64,000 bases of DNA from an uncultured Methanosarcinaceae archaeon (GCA_963733675.1 CAVTET010000001.1:928001-992000), one strand, 5' to 3'; positions 1 through 10,848 are shown, counted from the first letter of the stretch. The notes: generated from the sequence alone by a model not told the origin. Numbers and translations are program-made.

Positions 1-333
1 ATACTGTTTACTTTCTGGTATTTACTCAGGAAAACCAGAAAATTTTCTGAAAAAATTCGATCAAACATTGTTTCTCAAGTTACAAAACAAAATATTACCT
101 TAGCTTCATGGATCCCTATTGAGACTTTTTTGAATAGATTCGTGGGCTCAAAAATTATATGAAAAGATTTCCAATCAATTAAGGAATCAATTCTAGCAAG
201 TTTGCCTCCAACTGATTAAAGAAATATGTATTTCGTTTAAAATCAAATTAGTAAGAGTTTTCATGAGTAAAAATTATTGTTAAAAAATTTAAACTCTTTA
301 ATACTCACTGCATAGGAGTTTATCGAGATTTTC
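1..333 (-). mobile_element. IS5-family fossil: left end plus frameshifted transposase N-terminus, running off the window
   Basis: From ATG 264 the minus strand reads MKTLTNLILNE / SVGGKLARIDSLIDWKSF / LEKQC / FRKF-GFPE across frameshifts, resembling Methanosarcina IS5 transposases. TIR-like GGAGTTTATCGAGATTTTC at 315-333. Homologous to 52260-52508. Confidence 0.75.
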
Positions 334-699
334 GTCAATATCTATTGAACTCGGCAAGCTGAGATCACCTGAATTTCAGCCATAGTGGAGATATCTTATC
401 TACTCTTCTTTTGGAAGGATTTATGTAATCTTTCTAGCATTGAGCTTCACAACAGAAAGTGGATTCAACCTAACATAGCTAATCCAAAATCTGTTCAGGA
501 TAAAAATTCGTTTTATTATCTTCAGAATGTCCAAATTTAACAATGTATCAGCAAATATATAAACTGGGAAAACATTTATAAACTGTATTCGCTTTAAAGT
601 TTAATTATAACACTATCATTTGAAAATCTATATAATAGTTCCATGATATTTTTTAGTTGACAAAATATCTGTAAAACTAACATTATCGAAGGAGTTAAT

Positions 700-1098
700 A
701 TGAAAGACTACGAAGTAAAAGTGTTGGACGAAAAAGATCAACTATTCATTGAAACCTTGAAGAATCTAGGGATTTCAAGAAATGTGGCTACTATCGTGGC
801 TTATCTTATGAATGTAGACGAAAAGTCATCTCATGAAATTGAAATAAGTACTGGATTAAGGCAACCAGAAGTCAGTCTTGCGATTAGATTAATGCGCAAT
901 AATTTCTGGGTAAGTGTGCGATCGGAAAAAAAGCCTGGGAAAGGGCGACCGATGAATATTTATTCCCTAATAACTCCGGTTGATGAAATTAGAAGTTATT
1001 ATGAAAACAAAATTTACAAAAATTATAGAGGGACCATTTCAGCAATCAAGAAGCTGAAGATAATTAGCAAAAAGGTGCCCCTTACTCCTTCAAAATAA
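700..1098 (+). CDS. winged-HTH transcriptional regulator (ArsR/MarR-like, methanogen type)
   Basis: EIEISTGLRQPEVSLAIR helix-turn-helix and GKGRP wing; RBS GGAG upstream. Confidence 0.8.
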   Translation: MKDYEVKVLDEKDQLFIETLKNLGISRNVATIVAYLMNVDEKSSHEIEISTGLRQPEVSLAIRLMRNNFWVSVRSEKKPGKGRPMNIYSLITPVDEIRSYYENKIYKNYRGTISAIKKLKIISKKVPLTPSK

Positions 1099-1526
1099 AG
1101 ACCTTGAGCAGAATTAGCTACACAACTGCTGATTATCCTTTTTGGGATTCGTCATGCTGGTAAAATCAAATTTTTCAGGATTTTTCGTATCTTATCTTTA
1201 TTCCTCCGAAAACTTTCTTACAAGATTCTAGGTGGTTTGCATCTCAGATGTAAAAGAGTATTCCTAGAAACCTTTGATTTCACTGAATCAATTATATATC
1301 ATCCATATTCATATGATAAAATTATAGGAGTTATATATATCCTCAAAAGTTAATCTTTGCCTCCTTGGCTCTATATTGCAGCTTTTACTAACTGCCTACA
1401 TTGGTATAATTTTTAAATCAATTTCCTTCATAATTTTTAGATCTTATCCAATGACTAATGATATTTTTTCCCCTAAACAAATAGTTACCTTTATTGAATA
1501 ATGAATGAAATAGCTCAATTCCATTT

Positions 1527-2180
1527 TCAATTCTCATACCTCAACGGATCTGTAGCATTGTTTCGTTCAAAAGCTTCTAGTCTTTCAATACACGAACCGC
1601 ATTTCCCACAAGCGAGTTCACGTCCATTATAACATGTCCATGTTTTGGAATAATCAACCCCTAGCCTAAGTCCAATTCTCAAGATATCTCCCTTTGTTAA
1701 ATTTAGATAGGGGGCCTCTAACTCAATAGATGTATAATCACAAAGTTTCAACACGGATTTCATGGATTCTACAAATTCCGGTCTGCAATCTGGATAGATT
1801 GCATGATCTCCAGAGTGGGCTCCGTAGAGTATTGTATTGATTCCTCTTGAGATCGCATAAGAAGCCGCTAATGCAATTAAAACCATGTTCCTGTTAGGAA
1901 CTACGGTGCTCTTCATATTCGATGCAGCATAGTGCCCTTTTGGAACTTCTATTTCACATCTCGTAATAGAAGATGGTGCAAGAGAGTTTAGAACTTCGAG
2001 ATTATAAACCCGATGAGAAACTTTCAACATCAAACATGTCTCAATCGCATAGTGAACTTCTCGATTATGTTTTTGATTATAGTCAAATGATATCGCTTTA
2101 ACTTCGTATCCCCTACTAACTATGTCGTACAGGAGGGTTGTGGAATCAAGACCGCCGGATAAAATAATTACCGCTTTCAT
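1527..2180 (-). CDS. queC: 7-cyano-7-deazaguanine synthase
   Basis: SGGLDS PP-loop, VPNRN, YPDCR and TWTCY..CGKCGSC Zn motif; start moved to MKAVII (2180). Confidence 0.93.
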   Translation of the reverse strand: MKAVIILSGGLDSTTLLYDIVSRGYEVKAISFDYNQKHNREVHYAIETCLMLKVSHRVYNLEVLNSLAPSSITRCEIEVPKGHYAASNMKSTVVPNRNMVLIALAASYAISRGINTILYGAHSGDHAIYPDCRPEFVESMKSVLKLCDYTSIELEAPYLNLTKGDILRIGLRLGVDYSKTWTCYNGRELACGKCGSCIERLEAFERNNATDPLRYEN

Positions 2181-2521
2181 ATGTGCCTCTGGTTTCTCCA
2201 AAATGGTTTATGAAACTGACTGAGAAGACTTTAATTTTAGCAATAATACTTTTCTAAATTCTCCTTACATAATATCTGAGAATTGTCTTTTTGGCTATTT
2301 AGATGCCCTATGATAAGATGATTTAGAGAATCGTATCGATTTTTCTGTGGAATCACATCCAAAATCAATGTTCACCTCTCTGACAGGATCACTTTTCACT
2401 AGAAAATAATTTTTAATAAACACAAAACAACTGAGACCCATTTTTTAAATTATTTCGATTTTTGAGTGAATTAACATGGAATGTTCAAGGAAATTTGGAT
2501 CCAGAAACTTAAGATCATAAC

Positions 2522-3058
2522 TTATTTTTTAGTATCCAGTTTTGTCATGAGCCCAGCTAAATTGGCTGGGATCGCCCCTATTGCTGTGCATGTCTCAAGA
2601 GAAAGCCCTTTACAAGTAACGTCAAGATGGTATTTGCCTCTATTTACAATTTCTTTTGGAAGTCCCTTATGCCCCAATCCTACAAGGAAGAGAAATGATT
2701 GATTTCGGAGGGCATTTTCAGCAATTTTTCCAGGCAAAACCTGCTTTTTGGGATCTGGTTTTGAGGTAGTAATCACAATTTCACCAAAATGAGCTGGAAA
2801 TCCTTTCTTTGGAAGATCGGATACCGACAAATGGTTTTTTTCATAAAGAATCTTGAGATAAGTTCCTGAATCTCCTATAGTGGTTTTTTTCATCACAAAA
2901 GCTACCAATTCTTCTGCATTCATTTTGAATGGGAAATCGTAAAAGGAAAGATGGAATCCAAAAGCATGACATATTGGAGCAGCTCTTGCAATTGCACGGT
3001 AATGAGCATCGAGAACTTTGATCTTATCGTAGGTATTTACTATCCCAAGGGTAAGCAT
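2522..3058 (-). CDS. DUF531-family archaeal protein (SPOUT-like)
   Basis: MLTLGIVNTYD..AHYRAIARAAP, GLGHKGLP and SLETCTAIG motifs. Confidence 0.75.
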   Translation of the reverse strand: MLTLGIVNTYDKIKVLDAHYRAIARAAPICHAFGFHLSFYDFPFKMNAEELVAFVMKKTTIGDSGTYLKILYEKNHLSVSDLPKKGFPAHFGEIVITTSKPDPKKQVLPGKIAENALRNQSFLFLVGLGHKGLPKEIVNRGKYHLDVTCKGLSLETCTAIGAIPANLAGLMTKLDTKK

Positions 3059-3496
3059 AAGATGTTTCATTAGCTTTTTCATAAAATAATGTTTCGTTAA
3101 TTTTGGAAGTTCTGTTCTAAATTTATAGAACTTACGCAGTAGTAAACTCTAAGCAAGTTATTATATCAACTTTGGTAATATCATAATAAACTTAAGTTTT
3201 ATCTAAATTTAACTAGATAAGTAGTTGATGCAACTATTTTTATTTTTGTTTTATTTTCGAATCGGGAAATTCAGTTTCTTATTTTTATAACTACAGCCTT
3301 ACGAAACTCTCAACGAGAACGCTACCTGTACTCCCTTTGACCCTTCTGTTCTTATTTGGCACTTTTCCACACCACATAAATATTTCATTCATCTATAGAA
3401 TTTTTCAAATTACCAGAATTTGTCAGCTAGATCTTTTCTCTTGGACTCATCCCTATCCAATATATTGGTGATCTAATTTTGTACATTTGTTTTTGG

Positions 3497-3646
3497 GGTT
3501 CTGTTGCAAAAAATCTGACTCTGTTGCAAAATCAGTGTAAACTTTCACAATTAGGAAATTTGATTACTCTCATCAGGGGTAAAATAGTATACAAAGGTAA
3601 GAATTATAGTATCAAACTGCAGAAATATTATTTTTGCACCACAACC
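3497..3646. mobile_element. 150-bp MITE with IS6-type TIRs (copy 1)
   Basis: GGTTCTGTTGCAAAAA ... TTTTTGCACCACAACC; collinear with 62452-62601. Confidence 0.85.
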
Positions 3647-4150
3647 GTTTTATTGACAAATATTATGTTTTTAGATTCACTTAATACATAGGTTTTAATC
3701 TAAAATCTCTGCATCCAACAAGTGGACTAAATCAATAAAAATTTACAGAAATCCGGATCTACTCCGGGTCCGGTTTCTTCCACAAAAACCGCGTCTGAAG
3801 CAAACTATTAGGCTTTCAATACTGGTATTTCAATGCATATGTTTTGCTATAATAATATTTACAGATTTTAAAATTTTTTATTGGGAACTAGTTTTTGCCA
3901 AAATATTATTTTTTTATAGATTCTTTTAAATAATATTATTGAATAATTATCTCTAATTTTAGGTTGGTAGACGTTTGAATTCATTGTAAATTCAAAGTTA
4001 AATCTTGGGATACTATATGCTCTTGGGTCACTAAAATATGAAATTATCTACCTACTAACTTCACCATGTCTGGAATTTTACAGAAAAATTGGTACATTGT
4101 CACAAGAAGATGTTATTTTAATTAAAGATATTTTTATCGAAGGTGATACA

Positions 4151-4447
4151 ATGCCAAATACTGCGTACCTAGCTTTCGTCGCTAACGACAGCACCAACCA
4201 ATTATTACTCATAACGTCTAAAGATTGCGAAAATTGATCTGAAAATATACCAATAGGGCAAAAAAACCAGTTTACACCGGCACTTGCTGTGTTTGATGAG
4301 CAGTTGTACCTAGCTTTCGTCGCTACTGACGGCACCAACCAATTATATCTCACAAAGTCGGCAGATGGCGTAGTTTGGTTTCCAGGTTAGCATGTCGGGA
4401 AGGCAAGCCAGGCTGCACCGGCAATTGCCATACAATTTACACAGTAA
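4151..4447 (+). pseudogene. small two-repeat Asp-box/beta-propeller-blade protein with in-frame TGA and TAG
   Basis: RBS AGGTGAT, ATG 4151, two 47-aa repeats (YLAFVAxDxTNQL..SxD...W); internal stops at 4235 (TGA) and 4388 (TAG), final TAA at 4445. Confidence 0.65.
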
Positions 4448-4719
4448 AATTTATAGATTGTGCAGATACTTACCCTTAATTAATTTTTATCCTTCTCGAG
4501 ATAGGTATCTGTAGTTTCGAATCCCCTAGAAGTTGTCATAAAATAAAGTAGTTGACTTCTCTATTTCTCGATTTGAACTTGTAATTCCATTATCCATGAA
4601 ACTCATTGCGTTTAATACTCTATTCATCAACCTTTTTTTCTCGATTTTAATTCCTTTTGGATACATATTCGTATCTAACATACATTTTACCGACTAATAT
4701 TCTATTTCTTTTTTCAATT

Positions 4720-4900
4720 GATGCATAGTTTTTGTATCAAAATCTATGTATTTCCCAAGTTCCGAACGAAATAAGAAAAGGCTACTGATCTATGACTCAT
4801 GGAGCTTATGGAACTCCTAGAACGTATGGAGCTAATGGAACACTTGGAACTAATTAGCCTAAACAGCCATCATAAATAGGGGATTTTATGGAAAAATAGT
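4720..4900 (+). repeat. ~190-bp dispersed repeat with 9-bp tandem units and micro-ORF (copy 1; ORF 4799-4879)
   Basis: Shares CTCATGG...GGAACACTTGGAACTAATTA and upstream flank with the 6105 and 62925 copies; ORF MELMELLERMELMEHLELISLNSHHK. Confidence 0.85.
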
Positions 4901-5639
4901 TATACAGTACTCGAAACAAAATAAAGAATATGAATAAACGGAATCAAAAATTCAATTTTTCAATAACATAATCTTAATTAATAAATTTCTAATAAATTTC
5001 TCCATCTCTTTACGTTCAATAAAACATAATTTTCTACTGTGTTTTACTATGCTGTTTACGTCAATATATCTGAATATTAGTCGAATAGCAATCGTTCATC
5101 TCAAAAGGTTTCTGTCATAGTTTTTTGGTTCTGGATTATGAATATTATATCCTATATAGTTTAAGATATTACTAGATATCACATCTGCAAAAAAATTATA
5201 TTTTATCGCATTCTTGTAATATCTGATTCATAAATGCAATATTGCATCGATCCAAAAATAAAGTAGTTTAATTTAGAGTGTAGTTATATGTCTAAAAATA
5301 AGAGAATTGTTAAGCATCTCTTCAATAGATAGTGTATATTACCCACAACTTATAAGATCTATTTTTTATACGTCGCTGATACTCATAGTGCTTCAATTAT
5401 TCACTTCTGTTGTCTTGTTAAGGATTGAGTTCCATATCTCTAAAGTATCCCTGTGAAGTCAGAGAGCTTAAAATTAAATCAATTTTTACAATGATATAAT
5501 GATCAACCTTGATTTTAAATGCAGTACTGCTTATTGTTTACGTTTATTCACAGTACTTCTCAAAAACACAATAATTTATCGTTATTAATTTTGATTTATA
5601 TGATAATAAGTTATATTATCTTACAGGGCATCGCATAAC

Positions 5640-5936
5640 TTCTTTTACTTTCCAGATTAATGCTACCCCCACTCCGTAAAAACGTTCGAGATATTCTAAC
5701 AACAAAGGAACTATTTCTCTAAAATGATAGGACTTTAAGTGTTTATCGAGGTTACTTTTATCGCGCCATTCTTCTCACGTCGTCAAAATTCATGGATTAT
5801 TTAATTCCTGATAAAGTCCATAGTCCATGAAGCCTTCTTCCTTTACAGATTCTTCAACAAGTTTTTTACACAAACTTAGAAATTCTTGAATTTTTTCAGG
5901 CTTGAAGTAGTTTTTTGCAACAACTCTTATTGTCAA
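5640..5936 (-). pseudogene. ABM/putative quinol monooxygenase family pseudogene
   Basis: TIRVVAKNYFKPEKIQEF..LVEESVKEEGFMDYGLYQE..*ILTT*EEWRDKSNLDKHLKSYHF with two in-frame TGA; 3' end approximate. Confidence 0.7.
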
Positions 5937-6104
5937 TAAAATCACCGGCTTCTTAATAGAATTCGTTTTACTAAAATATTCATAATTTAGCTTACCATTA
6001 TAGAATCTATTGTGTGAATTTTTCAGTCTCAAAATTCACTTTTCCCTAAATAAACCACTATAGACAAATCCTTGATTAATCTTTGAATATGAACAACTTT
6101 CACG

Positions 6105-6300
6105 AATACATAGTTTTAATGTCTAAATCTATGAATTTCCTAAATGCCATCAGTAATAAGAGAACATTGGTGGTCTATTACTCATGGGGCTGCTGGAACT
6201 AGTGGAGCTGCTGGAACTCATAGAACATCTAGAGCGCATGGAACACTTGGAACTAATTAAACAAAACCACAAACATGAATAGAAAATATCAGAAAGAAAT
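6105..6300 (+). repeat. ~190-bp dispersed repeat with micro-ORF (copy 2; ORF 6184-6282)
   Basis: ORF MGLLELVELLELIEHLERMEHLELIKQNHKHE; two extra 9-bp units relative to copies 1 and 3. Confidence 0.85.
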
Positions 6301-6514
6301 AACCTTAAAAGCACCGGATTGGTTATCTCACTAACTACACAAACAATATTTTATTGCTGTCAATTCCATGTTGATAAATATAATCTCCATGCATAATTTA
6401 AAAGGGTTAGTCACCTAATTTTCCCGGGCAATAATGATATTATTTAAGGTGATAGATATTGCACTAATTCCATTTTTAAGAAAAAATAGACAAAATTAAA
6501 AAAATATGACTTTT

Positions 6515-7190
6515 TCAGCAAATTTTTAGCATTGTACTTTCACCCTTTTGGAATTCATGTGCCACCTTCATTTCCATCACTTCTCGTTTTTTCATCCTTA
6601 AAAAATTGATTACTGGCTCAACGATGATGACCTGTTGGTGTTTAAGTCCATAGGTGGAAATATTCGGATCTCATTTGAAACCCTGCACAACTCTTCTAGA
6701 GATCTCAGGTGAAACTCCAGTGACAAGTTATCCGTATAGAAAAATAGCAAATGAGAGCACAGTGCTAGATCAAACCCTTTGTCACTGAAAAGCAGGGAGG
6801 ATAGTTCGCCTGGAACATATCTTTTTTGGATTATACCTTTTGGAAAATCTTCCCGAAATTTCGCCATAGCTGACATCGGAATATTTTCAATCTTCTCAAC
6901 TGAGTCGATTTCTTGCCAAATAAACTTATTATAGTTTTTTCTGATCTGGTCGATTATTTCATCATGTGCTTCACTGATCCGCTGTCTGATCTAATTAGCA
7001 CTGAAATAGTAAACAGGATCAACAGATGTATATTTCCCCCTTGCTCTGTAAGCTCTGCATTGAAACTTGCTGGTCCGTCTCCGCAGTCAATTATCTTTCG
7101 CTTGAGATAAGTAGGAGTCAGACTGAACATCCTAATGTACTCATCAAAAGATCTACCCCATGGTTTTATGTCACGATATTTTATTGTCAT
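6515..7190 (-). pseudogene. SAM-dependent methyltransferase pseudogene (frameshifted)
   Basis: Fragments WGRSFDEYIRMF..IIDCGDGPASF and FDLALCSHLLF..ELCRVSNEIRIFP lie in different frames. Confidence 0.75.
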
Positions 7191-7790
7191 ATAATGCACT
7201 TTAATGTACTGAAGTGTGCAGCAAATATATAACTGTATTTTTACTTTTGTTTTGGGTAGTTATATTTTAGCATTTACAGTACAATGATTTAAATAAAAAA
7301 TTTTTATATTCTTTTCTAAATTTTACTAAAAATATCCTTTAAATTTGGCTGAACTGGAAAACTACACAATTTTTGCTATAAAAACTATGCATAAGTGAAA
7401 ACAACAAAAGCGGAAACTTGTCCGCAAAACTATTGGCTCTGCATCCGATCTTTTTACAATAATTGAAAAAAATAATAAATATCAATTACAGTTGATTTTT
7501 AAAATGTTTCGTGCTGAAATAAGCTTTATTCAGGAACTATTAATAAAAAAGTATTAATATTTAATTATTGTTCAGTATTAAAATATTTTATTGCGAGAGA
7601 AATTTTATTCCGAAACAATTTTTTTTATAATTAATTTAAAATAACTAACAAACTTAGTAAGTAATGTAGTACATCGAAATTTTTGATGTAATCAAATAGA
7701 TCTCAGCCAACTAATTCTTTGTAGCTTGAATAGTTACCAAGAACAAATTCCAGTATAATTATTAATTTTAGTCATAAAGGAGTGAACTAA

Positions 7791-8033
7791 ATGTTAAAAC
7801 AAATGAAACAGGCAATCGGTATTTTGCTAGCAGTTTGTTTTTTAATATCCGTGACTGCTGCAGCAGTAAGTGCACATGGACCAGTTATGGTTAAGGAAAA
7901 GAAAACAGCCATTGTAATCCTGCAAAAGGAGAAGATTGAAATTTGCAAGTGGCCTCACCACCACCATCACATGTGGCGTCACCACCATCACCACCACAAA
8001 TTAATGAAGGCCATAAAAGAGTTCATGGATTAA
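7791..8033 (+). CDS. small secreted His-rich protein
   Basis: RBS AAGGAGTGA; signal-peptide-like N-terminus ending AAAVSA; WPHHHHHMWRHHHHHHK tract. Confidence 0.75.
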   Translation: MLKQMKQAIGILLAVCFLISVTAAAVSAHGPVMVKEKKTAIVILQKEKIEICKWPHHHHHMWRHHHHHHKLMKAIKEFMD

Positions 8034-8414
8034 TGAAAGCAGTAATCAATTATAGGTTTATAGATACTTGATAGAATTTTGATAAACTTCAATTTTGGGT
8101 TGGTGTTTATAATTTAGAATACATATAAGCAATTTTCGAAATTTGGGTTTGCAGTAGAGACAACTCTTCCAAGTTTCCATCAATATTTTTTAATATTTTT
8201 GATTTTGCAGAATGCATAATTTTATTCAAAATTTCATCTCCCAAAGAATTAAAATTAAGGAGTTAATGGTTTTATGGCATTAGTGGTTATAGCAACAGTA
8301 GCAGCTCGTCAGTAGTGAGAGCAGCTACAGCTTACAAGTTGAAAGAATACTATCCTAGTTATAAAAATAAAGACAATAATCAAAGTTGTGCCACCGCTCT
8401 GGTTGCAATGGCTA

Positions 8415-8955
8415 TTAAAAATCGAGTATTTTCATTTGCTGATATGCTTCTTTTTCTTCCCTGTTTCCCTGATTTTCAACATAATTTTTGATAGCATCTG
8501 AAGTTGTTCCATCTTCTATAGTTCCAATGTAATCTCCATCACTCCACAGTTCAGCACCCCAAAGCTGTTTTTTGATTTCAGGGTATTGTTTAAAGATTTA
8601 TCTTGCTATAATACTTTTTATAATTTGCATGACTTTTGAAGGAGAATACTTTGGTTCAGCTCCGACAAAAAGATGTACATTATCACCATCACTGCCAATT
8701 GCATCAAACTCAAAACAGTATCTTTCACTAATTTCAAAGCATACGTTTTTCAAAAAATTGATGAGTTCTGTCCCTAAAAAAAGATTTTTACGGTACTTCA
8801 CACAAAAAACCATGTGGTATCTTATTTTATATACACAATGGTTTGCACGTCTTAGTTCCATTTACAGTACAAATGTAGCAAAAAATATAAATTTATTATT
8901 TAACAACGGTTATCGGGGAAGTTTTCCATCCCCTCAGCAAGCTGCGGAGTATTCG
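8415..8955 (-). mobile_element. tnpA: IS200/IS605 tnpA pseudogene with terminal hairpin
   Basis: YHMVFCVKYRK and VHLF; nonsense TAA at 8598, then IFKQYPEIKKQLWGAELWSDG..IKNYVENQ; palindromic CTCAGCAAGCTGCGG near 8933-8947. Confidence 0.85.
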
Positions 8956-8960
8956 ACTGA

Positions 8961-9250
8961 AATAAATCTGCCAACTTCGATTATGCGAAATTTAATGGTC
9001 TTACCAACTTTTCTAAGGCGAATTTTAATAATTCTGCTAACTTCAATATAACGAACTTTAAAGATCATATAAACTTTTATCGTGCTAATTTTATTAATTC
9101 TGCCAACTTCATTTACACGCAATTTAAGAGTCGCACTAATTTCTATGGAGTGAACTTTTCTAAACCTGCTATAACTTCGGTGGATCGAATTTTACAGATC
9201 CTAGCACCTTCTTAGGACCAGAGACACCTGACAAAATCGTGTTGGTTTAT
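8961..9250 (+). pseudogene. pentapeptide-repeat protein fragment
   Basis: NKSANFDYAKFNGLTNFSKANFNNSANFNITNFKDHINFYRANFINSANF...; no start codon, frameshift near 9170, bounded by IS200 and IS6. Confidence 0.7.
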
Positions 9251-9275
9251 TATAACAACCTAATAGACTACAACC

Positions 9276-10130
9276 GGTTCCGTTGCAAAAAATCCTTTCT
9301 AATGATACAATAGAATAAAAAGAAAACCAAAGATAGTAACATGCTATCTAATTCCTTTAAATGGAAGCATTATGAAGGGGAAATTATCTTATTGAATTTA
9401 AGATGGTACTTAAAATATGCATTAAGTTATAGAAATTTAAAGGAAATGATGGCAGAAAGGGGAGTAAAAGTCGACCATACAACAATCATGAGATGGGTAC
9501 ATCAATATTCCCCTGAAATAGAAAAGAAGATAAGAAGACATTTAAGACCAACAAATGATTCGTGGAGAGTTGATGAAACCTGTATCAAAGTAAAAGGTAA
9601 ATGGAAATATTTTTACCGAGCAGTTGACTCAAATGGAGATACAATTGATTTCATGTTAAGTTCAAAACGAGATAGAACGGCAGCGAAGAGATTCTTTAAG
9701 AAAGCTTTAAGTTCTAATCATAATCAAATTCCAAGATTAATAACCGTTGATAAGAATCCAGCTTATCCACCTGCTATAGATAAACTAAAAATTGATAAAA
9801 TACTACCTAAAAACGTAGGCATTCGACAAATCAAGTATTTGAATAACATTATAGAACAAGATCACAGATCTATAAAGAGAATCGTTAATCCAATGTTAGG
9901 ATTTCAGTCTTTTCGATCTGCTAATAAGACTTTAAAAGGAATTGAAGCTATAAATATGATCAAAAAAGGACAAGTAATCGATCTAAATTACTATGTTCTT
10001 AATGAAGTCAAATACATTAATCAATTATTTGGTATAGTTTTATAATGTTAGTACATTTTCCTTGAATGTTTTGATTTTTATTAATCACTTATAGATTTAC
10101 ATATTTTGTTGAAGTTTTTGCAACGGAACC
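9276..10130 (+). mobile_element. IS6-family insertion sequence, 855 bp, apparently intact
   Basis: Perfect 16-bp TIRs GGTTCCGTTGCAAAAA / TTTTTGCAACGGAACC; no target duplication seen. Confidence 0.93.
9341..10045 (+). CDS. IS6-family DDE transposase
   Basis: WRVDET, TVDKNPAY and NNIIEQDHR motifs; uninterrupted 234 aa. Confidence 0.95.
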   Translation: MLSNSFKWKHYEGEIILLNLRWYLKYALSYRNLKEMMAERGVKVDHTTIMRWVHQYSPEIEKKIRRHLRPTNDSWRVDETCIKVKGKWKYFYRAVDSNGDTIDFMLSSKRDRTAAKRFFKKALSSNHNQIPRLITVDKNPAYPPAIDKLKIDKILPKNVGIRQIKYLNNIIEQDHRSIKRIVNPMLGFQSFRSANKTLKGIEAINMIKKGQVIDLNYYVLNEVKYINQLFGIVL

Positions 10131-10596
10131 CTATTTTTGGTTAGCTACGATTTCCATATAAGTGACGCTATCTTCGTACGTATATATTATATAAAAAATA
10201 TAAATATTAACTATAACATAAATAGTTTCTAAAGTTTGTTACTGGAAAAGGTGGTTATTCTGGACTATTTTAATACCAGACTTTGTATTACATGAAGCAA
10301 AAAGCTAAATTAAATAAACCGTTTGCTCTTAATGCTCATGTTCTGGAAAGAGTAAATAAGTGGGAAAACTTGGTTTCAAGGCAAAAGTAAAAATGTGTAA
10401 ATTTTACAAGTAAAATGTAAATTTACAAGTAAAATAGTAAAAAGGTATCAAGTGGAAAATCTTAATGATTACATTTAATGTGGCCTGCAAAATATACCAG
10501 AGTTTAAAGTTAATTGTCTAGGATTTAGCCTTTAATGAGATATCAAGGCAAGGTTAGGACAAAATAGCTGAAAGGTGCTTTGAACAAAAATTTAGA

Positions 10597-10670
10597 AGCC
10601 TCGTGCGTGATTCGAACACGCGACCTAGTGATTACAAGTCACTCGCTCTACCGGGCTGAGCCAACGAGGC
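10597..10670 (-). tRNA. tRNA-Thr(TGT)
   Basis: Reverse complement GCCTCGTTGGCTCAGCCCGGTAGAGCGAGTGACTTGTAATCACTAGGTCGCGTGTTCGAATCACGCACGAGGCT folds as a cloverleaf with anticodon TGT. Confidence 0.95.
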
Positions 10671-10848
10671 AAGTTACAACTGACTGCAGACTTATCTAAA
10701 TACAATACTCACAGATAAACTTTATGACACCTTTCTCTTTCTGAAGTCAAGGTTGATGTTTTAACTATCGCGCTTCTCTTTGCTTTTGCTTTTCTCTATA
10801 AATTATGCACATAATTCTTATGGATTCTTTACCTATATATTGTTTAGG

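Noticed and set aside
3479-3691. 70-aa ORF
   Set aside because: Reads through the IS6-type MITE; not a credible gene.
4795-6270. 9-bp GGA(A/G)CT repeats as a CRISPR array or collagen-like gene
   Set aside because: There are no unique spacers or cas genes. The G-X-Y frame has an upstream TGA in copies 1 and 3 and no shared start. Kept only as the micro-ORF repeat finding.
3100-10600. Integrated island at the 3' end of tRNA-Thr(TGT)
   Set aside because: The region is IS- and pseudogene-rich, but no integrase and no duplicated tRNA 3' end (att site) were found.
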